Position numbers and translations under genes: made by a program. The notes under the pieces were generated by a model, which searched no databases, was not told the DNA's origin, and saw only the letters and a list, made by a program, of their open reading frames with translations. From contig DASZGG010000244.1 in NCBI GenBank assembly GCA_035939025.1, positions 1-32,939 of the forward strand: a stretch of 32,939 nucleotides of DNA, in the 5' to 3' direction. Source of the stretch: Chthoniobacterales bacterium (GTDB taxonomy: Bacteria > Verrucomicrobiota > Verrucomicrobiia > Chthoniobacterales > JAFAMB01). How positions within the stretch are numbered: the first letter of the stretch is position 1; each line of letters begins with the position of its first letter. Positions 16,260 through 24,089 of the stretch are shown here, in pieces.

Positions 16260-16654
16260 ACCCAAATTCCTCTTATCTTCGGTTTTTGCGTTAAATCGGT
16301 GGTGGACAGCAAAATTTTTTGTTTGGCAATTTCGGGGTCTTGAGTTAAGCGGTTAGAAGTTATTCAACTCAATGAAACCCGTGAACAGCATCTGCTTTCT
16401 GGCTTCTGACTTCGGTTTTGTTGGGTACTTTTTGTTTTACTGGCGCTTTAACTAAGCATCCGACCTGCCGCTCGCGTTTCGAGTGCTTTCCTGGTCAGGT
16501 TGTAAATTTTCTCCGTACTATGCAGACTACTTTCCCTCCAACTGTGCAAAAAAGGCCTGAATCATCGGTTCGGTGCAAGACCGAGATGAACTCGATTTCA
16601 ACGAAAACGAGTTGCAGCCGGCCTTTTGCGCATTTAACACCCAAATCATTAGCA

Positions 16655-17668
16655 ATGATCATTGTTACCCGTCCCGATGCGACTGAGGAGCAGATCGATC
16701 ACATCGTCGATCGAATCCGTTCCTGGGGTCTGAAAGCTGAAGTAAGCCGTGGCGAAATGCGTGTCGTCATTGGTGTAATCGGACCTGAAGATAAAATCCG
16801 TGAAAAGCCGTTGGGCGCCTTTCCAGGGGTAGAATCAGTGACGCCCGTGCTCAAACCCTACAAGCTCGTGGCTTATGAATTTCGGGGGAGATATTCTCAC
16901 GTTCAGGTGGGAGATGTGACAGTGGGTGCGAAAGAGGTCGTTGTGATAGCTGGCCCCTGCTCGGTCGAAAGCGAAGGTCAAATCATTGCGATTGCGAAAG
17001 AAGTCCGTAAGGCTGGAGCCAAGATCCTGCGTGGGGGCGCCTTCAAGCCGAGGACTTCGCCCTACAGTTTCCAGGGCCTCGGCAAATTAGGGCTACAATT
17101 CCTCGCAGAAGCTCGCCAGGCAACAGGGATGCCAATCATTACCGAGGTGATGGACACGAAAGACCTTGAGTTGGTCTGTGCATATGCAGATTGTCTGCAG
17201 GTTGGAGCTCGTAACATGCAGAATTTCTCCCTGCTCAGGGAAGTAGGGCGAACGGACTTGCCTGTGATGCTCAAACGAGGGATGGCAGCAACGATCAAGG
17301 ACCTCCTTATGAGCGCTGAATACATCTTGAACGAAGGGAACTTCAACGTGTTGCTTTGCGAGCGTGGCATCCGCACCTTCGAGAGCATGACGCGCAACAC
17401 TCTGGATCTGAATGCCATTCCGGTACTCAAATCTGAAACCCATTTGCCCATTGTCGTCGACCCGACGCACGGGATCGGTGTTCGCGAGTTCGTGCCGGCC
17501 ATGGCCTTTGCAGCGGTCGCGGCAGGGGCGGACTCCATCATGGTTGAAGTACACAATGCTCCAGAGCAAGCCAAGAGCGATGGTGAGCAAGCGCTGCTCC
17601 CAGCTGATTTTGAGGATCTCGTGGCTCGGGTTCGAAGTGTTGCTATCGCCGTCGGACGTGAACTCTGA
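16655..17668 (+). CDS. aroF: 3-deoxy-7-phosphoheptulonate (DAHP) synthase, type I-beta with N-terminal ferredoxin-like regulatory domain
   Basis: From [18 protein letters not shown]... it is collinear with my remembered Thermotoga maritima DAHPS ([49 protein letters not shown]). The track ORF's 79 extra N-terminal codons (TTG at 16418) have no counterpart. Confidence 0.9.
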   Translation: MIIVTRPDATEEQIDHIVDRIRSWGLKAEVSRGEMRVVIGVIGPEDKIREKPLGAFPGVESVTPVLKPYKLVAYEFRGRYSHVQVGDVTVGAKEVVVIAGPCSVESEGQIIAIAKEVRKAGAKILRGGAFKPRTSPYSFQGLGKLGLQFLAEARQATGMPIITEVMDTKDLELVCAYADCLQVGARNMQNFSLLREVGRTDLPVMLKRGMAATIKDLLMSAEYILNEGNFNVLLCERGIRTFESMTRNTLDLNAIPVLKSETHLPIVVDPTHGIGVREFVPAMAFAAVAAGADSIMVEVHNAPEQAKSDGEQALLPADFEDLVARVRSVAIAVGREL

Positions 17669-17692
17669 TGTTATTTCGGGGACGGGACGCCA

Positions 17693-18358
17693 TTGAAACA
17701 ATTACCGATCGTTGGCTTATTTGTTCTGCTGGTGCAAATCGGCTTCGCCGATCTCCGGAGTTCTAGTGCCGCTTTGGAACGGGCTACGACGGCCTTCAAT
17801 CAAGGCAAGTATGCAGAAGCCGAGAAGCAGGTCGACGCCGCAGAAAAGGTGGACGCGAAAAAGCCCGAGATCCCAAACCTGCGTGGAGCGATTTTCACCA
17901 AACAAAAGCGATACGACGAGGCCGCTCAACAGTTTAATCAGGCGCTTGCGTTGGACCCAAAGTTCTATCCTGCCAAACTCAATCTTGCCGAAGTCAACCT
18001 GTTGCAAGGAAAATACGCCGACGCCGCCCAACTGTACCAGGAGTTGAAACAGCTGGATCCAGGCTCGGAGCTGCTGGAATTTAAGCTTATGCTCTGTGCG
18101 TTACTTGCCGGGGAGGAAAACAGGGCGACCGCGATGGTTGATGTCATGAAGTTTCCCGGCAAGACGCCGGCATATTACTATGCTCGCGCCGCCATCGCTC
18201 TTAAGCGGGGCCAAAAAGAAACAGCGCAAAAATATTTAGAAAATGTAAAGAAATATTATTCCGACGAAGAATGCGCTTATTTCGCTCAGTCGTTAAAGGA
18301 AATCGATTTTACAGCCCCGAATCCGCCCCAACCGGTCAAGATGGAGCAACCTCAATGA
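17693..18358 (+). CDS. Secreted tetratricopeptide-repeat protein
   Basis: It has a signal-peptide-like N-terminus (KQLPIVGLFVLLVQIGFA). TPR-like repeats follow (GKYAEAEKQVDAA..., KRYDEAAQQFNQALALDP, GKYADAAQLYQELKQLDP). The only in-frame start is TTG 17693. Confidence 0.6.
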   Translation: MKQLPIVGLFVLLVQIGFADLRSSSAALERATTAFNQGKYAEAEKQVDAAEKVDAKKPEIPNLRGAIFTKQKRYDEAAQQFNQALALDPKFYPAKLNLAEVNLLQGKYADAAQLYQELKQLDPGSELLEFKLMLCALLAGEENRATAMVDVMKFPGKTPAYYYARAAIALKRGQKETAQKYLENVKKYYSDEECAYFAQSLKEIDFTAPNPPQPVKMEQPQ

Positions 18359-19053
18359 AAAAGATGCGAACCAAAGAGCGACTCCAATGCATTATTCAAA
18401 GGCTACGAGAAGTTTATCCAAGTGCGCACTGTGAACTGGAGTTCGAGACGCCTTTTCAGCTGTTAGTTGCCACGATTCTTTCGGCTCAGTGCACGGACAA
18501 GCGGGTAAACATGGTGACCCGAGATCTGTTTCAAAAATACCCAAATGCGTATGGTTTAGCCGAGGTTAGCCAAAGCGAATTGGAGCAGGCGATCAAATCG
18601 ACCGGATTCTATCGGAACAAAGCGAAGAATCTTCGTGCGATGGCAAAAGATTTGGTGGAAAAACATGGCGGAGAAGTTCCGCATACGATGGCGGAATTGA
18701 CGCAACTGGCCGGAGTTGGTCGGAAGACGGCAAATGTGGTGCTCGGGAATGCATTTTCGGTTGAAGAAGGAATCGTCGTTGACACGCATGTCGCTCGATT
18801 GGCCAAACGTTTCAATCTTACGACGAAGGACGAGCCCGAAAAAATTGAGGCAGATCTCATGCGGCTGGTCCCTCGAACCCAGTGGACAAACTTCAGCCAC
18901 TGGTTGATCTGGCATGGTCGGCGCAGATGTTACGCACGGAATCCGGATTGCCCGGACTGCGAAATTGGCACGATCTGCCCGAGCTACGGAAAGTTCGCAA
19001 AAGTGCCGCGCGTGAAAGCAATGCCCGCTCCCCGGAAAAAAGCGATTGCTTAG
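18355..19053 (+). CDS. nth: Endonuclease III
   Basis: From MKKMRTKERL... it contains FQLLVATILSAQCTDKRVN, a helix-hairpin-helix LAGVGRKTANVV, DTHV and the C-terminal 4Fe-4S Cys cluster (CxxxxxxCxxCxxxxxC). The ATG overlaps the TPR stop (ATGA). The track ORF start at 18271 lies inside the TPR gene. Confidence 0.9.
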   Translation: MKKMRTKERLQCIIQRLREVYPSAHCELEFETPFQLLVATILSAQCTDKRVNMVTRDLFQKYPNAYGLAEVSQSELEQAIKSTGFYRNKAKNLRAMAKDLVEKHGGEVPHTMAELTQLAGVGRKTANVVLGNAFSVEEGIVVDTHVARLAKRFNLTTKDEPEKIEADLMRLVPRTQWTNFSHWLIWHGRRRCYARNPDCPDCEIGTICPSYGKFAKVPRVKAMPAPRKKAIA

Positions 19054-19131
19054 AATTATTACACGGAGCAGACTTTTGCCGCGCGCGCGTGGATTGAGCG
19101 CGTGGCGTAAATTTCCTCTGTGTAATCCTCT

Positions 19132-19908
19132 ATGAGCTCAAAACCCCTCGAAGGAAAAGTCGGCGTTGTATTCGGCGTGGCGAACAAGCGCAGTATAGCC
19201 TGGGCGATCGCTCAGGCTTGGTCGTCTGCGGGCGCGAAGTTAATTTTCAATTATCAAGGCGAGCGCTTGAAAGAAAACGTCGAAGATCTGGTCTCGACTT
19301 TTGGATCGGATGTCCCCCTTTACGGTTGTGATGTGACCAGCGATGCGGAGATCTCTCAATTTTTTCAGCGTGTTCGCAACGATACCGACCGGATTGACCT
19401 CATGTTGCACTCGGTCGCTTTTGCGCCCAGGGAAGCGTTGGAAGGAGACTTTCTCAGCACCTCACGTGAAGCCTTTCTTTTAGCTCACAACATTAGTGCC
19501 TACTCTCTTCTTGGACTTGCCAGGGAAGCCACTTCATTGATGACGAACGGAGGGAGTATAATTGCGATGACCTACTATGGCTCCGAAAAGGTGGTTCCAC
19601 ACTACAACGTCATGGGAGTTGCGAAAGCCAGCCTCGAGGCCACGACGCGCTATCTGGCGTACGATCTAGGTCCAAGAAAGATTCGAGTGAACTGCATCAG
19701 TGCAGGTCCGGTGCAAACTCTTTCCGCCCGTGGAATAGCCGGTTTCACTACCATGCTCAAACACTACCAGGAACATGCGCCTCTTAGACGAAGTTGCGAC
19801 CCGGCCGAGCTTGGGCACACAGGGGTCTTTCTGGCAAGCGACGGTGCATCCGCGATTACCGGCCAGGTCATATACGTCGATGGCGGATATCAGATCATGG
19901 GGATGTGA
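19132..19908 (+). CDS. fabI: Enoyl-[acyl-carrier-protein] reductase (NADH), FabI type
   Basis: The 258-aa ORF contains GKVGVVFGVANKRSIAW, HSVAFAP, YNVMGVAKASLE (Tyr/Lys catalytic pair) and ISAGP. Confidence 0.9.
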   Translation: MSSKPLEGKVGVVFGVANKRSIAWAIAQAWSSAGAKLIFNYQGERLKENVEDLVSTFGSDVPLYGCDVTSDAEISQFFQRVRNDTDRIDLMLHSVAFAPREALEGDFLSTSREAFLLAHNISAYSLLGLAREATSLMTNGGSIIAMTYYGSEKVVPHYNVMGVAKASLEATTRYLAYDLGPRKIRVNCISAGPVQTLSARGIAGFTTMLKHYQEHAPLRRSCDPAELGHTGVFLASDGASAITGQVIYVDGGYQIMGM

Positions 19909-20040
19909 AATTGAGTTTTGGGTTTTGAGTTTCGGGTTTTGGGTTTTGAGTTTTGCGTGGGCTACAGGTAGCTAGGCGAGCGCCTTTCGACGACCGACTC
20001 AAAACTCAAAACTCAAAACGCCAAACTCAAAACCCAATTT
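19908..20040. repeat. Heptamer-armed hairpin element C: 6 x GTTTYGR (plus degenerate outer unit), 42-nt loop, 5 x NCAAAAC (plus outer unit)
   Basis: Left arm 19915-19956 reads GTTTTGG GTTTTGA GTTTCGG GTTTTGG GTTTTGA GTTTTGC. Right arm 19999-20033 reads TCAAAAC x3, GCCAAAC, TCAAAAC. The outer AAATTG (19908-19913) pairs with CAATTT (20035-20040). The element runs from the last base of the fabI stop codon to 3 nt before the next ATG. Confidence 0.95.
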
Positions 20041-20043
20041 GCT

Positions 20044-21411
20044 ATGGATCTTTACTCCGAACTAGCCTTACTTCTCGGTTCGGACGTCGTCTCGCGCGAC
20101 CAAGCGAAGCTGGAGGAGAACAGTCACGATAAGTGGTTTGCCAGTCATTTGCCCGACGTGGTGGTCGAACCGACTTGTACCGAACAAGTCTCGTGCCTGC
20201 TGCGTTTCGCAAGCCAATGGCAGATTCCAGTCACGGCACGTGGGGCCGGGTACGGCTATGTGGGCGGGTGCGTTCCGGTAAAGGGAGGGATAGCCCTCTC
20301 TTTAGCCAGGATGAACCGGATAAAAGAGATCGCGGCTGAAGACGGTGTGGCCGTGGTCGAGCCTGGGGTCATTACGGGGGATTTACAGCGTGAGGTGAAA
20401 AATCGTCGGCTCTTTTATCCACCCGATCCGGCGAGCCTCAAGAATAGCTCGATCGGCGGCAATATTGCAACCAATGCAGGCGGCCCGCGCTGCTTGAAAT
20501 ACGGTGTGACCCGGCACTACGTTCTGGGTCTCGAGGTCGTCTTGGCCAGTGGCACCGCCGTTCGAGTCGGCGGACGAACTCATAAGAACAAAACCGGCTT
20601 CGATCTCGTCGGACTCTTTGTCGGGTCCGAAGGGATGCTAGGGATTGTGACAGAGGCCACGCTGCGACTGCTACCGTTTCCACCGGCGCGGGGTTCCATC
20701 TCGTCAAGCTTTCGCTCCATTGAAGACGCGGCGACGGCTGTCCAAGAAATCTTGTTGGAAGGTTATTTGCCTTCAGCGATGGAGATTGCAGACCGATTCA
20801 CCCTGGAGGCTGCCCGCCAACATTTAGCCGATCGAATCGTGCCGGAAGGTGACGCACATCTCCTGATCGACCTGGACGGGCATGAGACACCGGTCCGGTC
20901 CGAGATCGAGGCGCTTTCGCGACTCGTAAAGTCGCTCGGTGCGCTGACTCTGGAATGTGCGTTCGGTGAAGAATCATGCGAGAAGCTTTGGGATCTGAGG
21001 CGGGGTTTCTCTGAATCCTTGAAAGCTACTGGATTAACCAAACTAAACGAAGACGTTGCTGTTCCTCGCGGGAAATTGGTCGAGCTAATGCGGTTTGCGG
21101 GAGATCTGCGGGACAGGTACGGATTTCCAGTAGCCTGTTTCGGGCATGCCGGCGACGGGAACATCCACGTAAATGTCATGGTGGCGGAACCGAACAATCC
21201 CGAAGTCGGCCAGAAGGTGGAACGAGCTCTGGACGATCTATTCCAATATGTGATCGCCTCCGGCGGGGCGATCACCGGTGAGCACGGGATCGGCTTGGCC
21301 AAGAAGCGCTGGTGGTCCCAAGCGGTTTCGAGGGAATCAATCGACTTGCACCAGACCGTCAAGCGCGCTCTGGACCCAGGCGGAATTTTGAATCCGGGTA
21401 AATTCCTGTAG
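20044..21411 (+). CDS. FAD-linked oxidase (GlcD / D-lactate dehydrogenase family)
   Basis: The 455-aa ORF contains an FAD-binding PCMH-type region (VTARGAGYGYVGG) and ends in ...GHAGDGNIHVN...GGAITGEHGIGLAK...LDPGGILNPGK. Confidence 0.85.
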   Translation: MDLYSELALLLGSDVVSRDQAKLEENSHDKWFASHLPDVVVEPTCTEQVSCLLRFASQWQIPVTARGAGYGYVGGCVPVKGGIALSLARMNRIKEIAAEDGVAVVEPGVITGDLQREVKNRRLFYPPDPASLKNSSIGGNIATNAGGPRCLKYGVTRHYVLGLEVVLASGTAVRVGGRTHKNKTGFDLVGLFVGSEGMLGIVTEATLRLLPFPPARGSISSSFRSIEDAATAVQEILLEGYLPSAMEIADRFTLEAARQHLADRIVPEGDAHLLIDLDGHETPVRSEIEALSRLVKSLGALTLECAFGEESCEKLWDLRRGFSESLKATGLTKLNEDVAVPRGKLVELMRFAGDLRDRYGFPVACFGHAGDGNIHVNVMVAEPNNPEVGQKVERALDDLFQYVIASGGAITGEHGIGLAKKRWWSQAVSRESIDLHQTVKRALDPGGILNPGKFL

Positions 21412-21416
21412 AGGTA

Positions 21417-21534
21417 AAGAATTCAAGAATTCAAGAATTCAAGAAGAGCCAACAGTCTCGCGCCGAGTTTCACATCGCAGCATTCCTGGCTTCTTGAATT
21501 CTTCAGTACTGAGTACTTGAGTGCTTGAATGCTT
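21417..21534. repeat. Octamer-armed hairpin element D: 3 x AAGAATTC, ~37-nt loop, 5 degenerate GAATTCTT units
   Basis: AAGAATTC occurs three times at 21417-21440, followed by AAGAAG. The right arm from 21496 reads GAATTCTT CAGTACT GAGTACTT GAGTGCTT GAATGCTT. A perfect 14-bp stem joins 21433-21446 and 21490-21503. The element sits between convergent glcD-like and rnc stops. Confidence 0.9.
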
Positions 21535-22348
21535 ATCCGCCTGGCGGTGCGGATGGCTCATCGACCGGCTTTTTTCGTCGTGGACGCTTTGCGGCCGGTG
21601 ATTTCGTTTTGGTCCCGGGTTCCTCTGATGGCACAGCCACAGCCTCGGGCTCCGTATTTGCGGGCTTGATTTCCCAGATCTTCGACTTCAGCGCAGAGAG
21701 AGCTGCGGCTGTTTCCGCCTGTTTCTTGCTCGATCCTTCACCGGAACCGAGCTCGAGGTTGTCCCAGATCACTTTTGCAACAAATAATTTTTGATGTTCT
21801 GGGCCGGTCTGGGAGACTATTTCGTAGTTTGGGCTTTTTGGCGAGATTGCTTGGAGAATCTCCTGAAGCTGCCCTTTCGGATTCACCTCGAGGGGTTGGT
21901 GTGTGAGCCGTTGGATATCCTGAAGGGCCTCATCCAACACAAAACGCCGGACCACCTCGATATTGCTATCGAGATACATCGCGCCGACAAGAGCTTCGAA
22001 AGCGTCTGCCAGAATGGAGGCACGTTGGCGTCCGCCGCTTGCTTCTTCACCCCGTCCCATCATCAGGTAGGTGCCTAACCCGATGCTGATGGCGTGGACT
22101 TTCAAACCCTCGCGGGAAACGAGCCGAGAACGCAATTTTGTCAGTTGTCCTTCGCTAAAATGCGGAAACAAGCGGAAAAGATGTTCCGTAAAGATGACTT
22201 GGAGAACCGCGTCACCGAGAAACTCGAGACGTTGATTATCGAAATGATGTCGTTGCGTCTCGTGGCCGAGGCTCGGATGTGTCAAAGCCTCGGCCAGGAG
22301 AAGCGAATTTCGGAATTTGTATCCGATTCGTTGCTCTAGGGGGTTCAT
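21533..22348 (-). CDS. rnc: Ribonuclease III with a ~48-aa Pro/Lys-rich C-terminal tail
   Basis: It reads MNPLEQRIGYKFRNSLLLAEALTHPS...NQRLEFLGDAVL (RNase III signature), then ...ADAFEALVGAMYLD and a dsRBD. The track start at 22396 is a GTG, so I prefer ATG 22348. Confidence 0.9.
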   Translation of the reverse strand: MNPLEQRIGYKFRNSLLLAEALTHPSLGHETQRHHFDNQRLEFLGDAVLQVIFTEHLFRLFPHFSEGQLTKLRSRLVSREGLKVHAISIGLGTYLMMGRGEEASGGRQRASILADAFEALVGAMYLDSNIEVVRRFVLDEALQDIQRLTHQPLEVNPKGQLQEILQAISPKSPNYEIVSQTGPEHQKLFVAKVIWDNLELGSGEGSSKKQAETAAALSALKSKIWEIKPANTEPEAVAVPSEEPGTKTKSPAAKRPRRKKPVDEPSAPPGG

Positions 22349-22458
22349 CAATGAGTTGTCCTGGAATCCTGTCACAGTACAAGAATGAACAATCACTCAA
22401 TGCTTCATGCATGAGTTAGACCGCCTAGAAACCCTAACTCCGGCCGTCTGTCAACCGA

Positions 22459-23967
22459 TCATGCCACGGTTTCGAGTTTCCCCGCTTCCGGCCGCTTGAA
22501 ACCGAAGAGGTGCCGCTCCTTGATGATCGCCGCAGCCTTCTCAGGCACCATTCGTTCCCATCCTGTCTCTCCGGTCTGGATCTTGGTCAGGACATCTCGG
22601 GAAAAGATGTCCATAATAGAAGCGTCATAGCCCACGATCGCTGCAATGTAGTGATTTTCCAATAGATGTGCGTACAGGTTCCGCAAGTGCAGCTCGACTT
22701 GCAGGTTGACTGCATTGACCCAGACGTCGGTTGCAAGCGGGTGTAGAGATGTGTTGGGAAGTGGAGTCGGGCACTCAGCCGGGTTGGTCATACAGTACCG
22801 GTCGTAGGCGGTCTTCCGCATCGGATAGATATATAGCTTGATCAAGTTCTTAAATAACCGCCCGAATGATTCGAGAATCCCGCCGTCCAGATTTTCGTAA
22901 TATTTCTCATTAAATACTTCGAGCAAGTTGTTGATGCCCATCGCGACTCCAACCATCTGCTTAGTGTAGCGGCGGAAATAAGAAGTCAGTCTGTAGAACT
23001 CCAGGTAATTCGAAATGAGCACATTGTTTCCGATCGCAGCGAGGGTGTCGACCCGGTCCAGAAAGTCTTTGTGGTCGATGTTCCCTGAGGAGAGCAGATT
23101 GTGCATGGTGATCTCCATCAAGACCACAACGTCGACTCCTTTGAGAGCAGGTTCCTGGAGAAACTGGGCTAATGCGCACCGCATCATGTCTTCGTTGACC
23201 AATGTCACGGGTCGGAAACTCCCGCGTTCGACGATGATTGCTTTCTTATAAAGCACCTCGGACGGTTGCAGAACTTCGCCGTTCGGACCGAACATGACAG
23301 CGTTCGTCAATCCGTATTCGACCAGCTTTAAGCTCATGAGGCGGTTGTCGACATTGGCGAAGAGGGGTCCGGCGAAGTTGATCATGTCGACTTCGATCCG
23401 GTCGACGCCCAGATTGTCGGCCAGCGACATGATGAACCGATCCTGGTCGTTGATGTAATAAAAAGCGCCGTAAACCAGGTTGACGCCGATTATGCCCAGC
23501 GCCTGTTGCTGCAAGATGTTCTCCTTATCAAGCATCCTGACGTGCAGAATGACATCACTTGGCGGTGTATGGCGTTCAGCTTGGAACCTGACTCCCATCC
23601 AACCGTGGGCCTCATTAGTTCCCTTGAAGCTTTTGGCCGCGACGGTGTCGGAAAAGACAAAGAACTCCGTCCGTTCGCCTCGTACCTCATTTAGCCGTTC
23701 CAGAAGCAAATTGTACTCGTGGTCGAGCATGAGTCCCAAGCGTTCCCTGGAGACGTAGCGGGCGGTTCTGCCGTAGATCTCATCGCTGAACTTCATGTCG
23801 TAGGCAGAGATGGACTTTGCGACAGTGCCTGCTGCTCCACCTGCTTGGAAGAAGTGTCGAGCGACTTCTTGGCCGGCACCGATCTCAGCGAACGTGCCGT
23901 ACTTTGCCTGGTCGAGGTTAATCGTCAGAGCTTTGCGATTAGTCGTTAGGAGTTCGGATGATTCCAT
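22459..23967 (-). CDS. Conserved-looking cytoplasmic protein of unknown function (502 aa)
   Basis: This is a long uninterrupted ORF with an ATG start. It has no transmembrane or signal features, and I can name no motif. Coding is supported by length and by the absence of competing ORFs. Confidence 0.7.
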   Translation of the reverse strand: MESSELLTTNRKALTINLDQAKYGTFAEIGAGQEVARHFFQAGGAAGTVAKSISAYDMKFSDEIYGRTARYVSRERLGLMLDHEYNLLLERLNEVRGERTEFFVFSDTVAAKSFKGTNEAHGWMGVRFQAERHTPPSDVILHVRMLDKENILQQQALGIIGVNLVYGAFYYINDQDRFIMSLADNLGVDRIEVDMINFAGPLFANVDNRLMSLKLVEYGLTNAVMFGPNGEVLQPSEVLYKKAIIVERGSFRPVTLVNEDMMRCALAQFLQEPALKGVDVVVLMEITMHNLLSSGNIDHKDFLDRVDTLAAIGNNVLISNYLEFYRLTSYFRRYTKQMVGVAMGINNLLEVFNEKYYENLDGGILESFGRLFKNLIKLYIYPMRKTAYDRYCMTNPAECPTPLPNTSLHPLATDVWVNAVNLQVELHLRNLYAHLLENHYIAAIVGYDASIMDIFSRDVLTKIQTGETGWERMVPEKAAAIIKERHLFGFKRPEAGKLETVA

Positions 23968-24089
23968 GGCTGCCTCGCACTACTCTAACCTACGAAAGTC
24001 ACTAAGGACAAGAAGAGTGTCGAGGGCGTCGTCGGTCACGCGATTTTATCTCCCGAGCTCCTGCAACCCCCGAATTCTCGGCTTCTTGA

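Noticed and set aside
16418-16654. A 79-codon N-terminal extension of DAHP synthase, considered as real coding sequence.
   Set aside because: The Thermotoga-type enzyme aligns from Met at 16655 (MIIVTRPD versus MIVVLKPG). The extension starts at a TTG and is Cys/Phe/Thr-rich with no similarity to anything I know. It is kept as a low-interest finding rather than a feature.
19058-19126. A nested inverted repeat between nth and fabI (ATTACACGGAG...CTCTGTGTAAT around a GC-rich CCGCGCGC...GCGCGTGG core), together with a 12-mer GATTGAGCGCGT shared with the terminator loop at 29664-29675.
   Set aside because: By my rough estimate, 11-bp imperfect inverted repeats at ~50-nt spacing and exact 12-mer matches are both expected many times by chance in a 33-kb window. 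It may still be the nth terminator, but the evidence is weak and there is no T-run.
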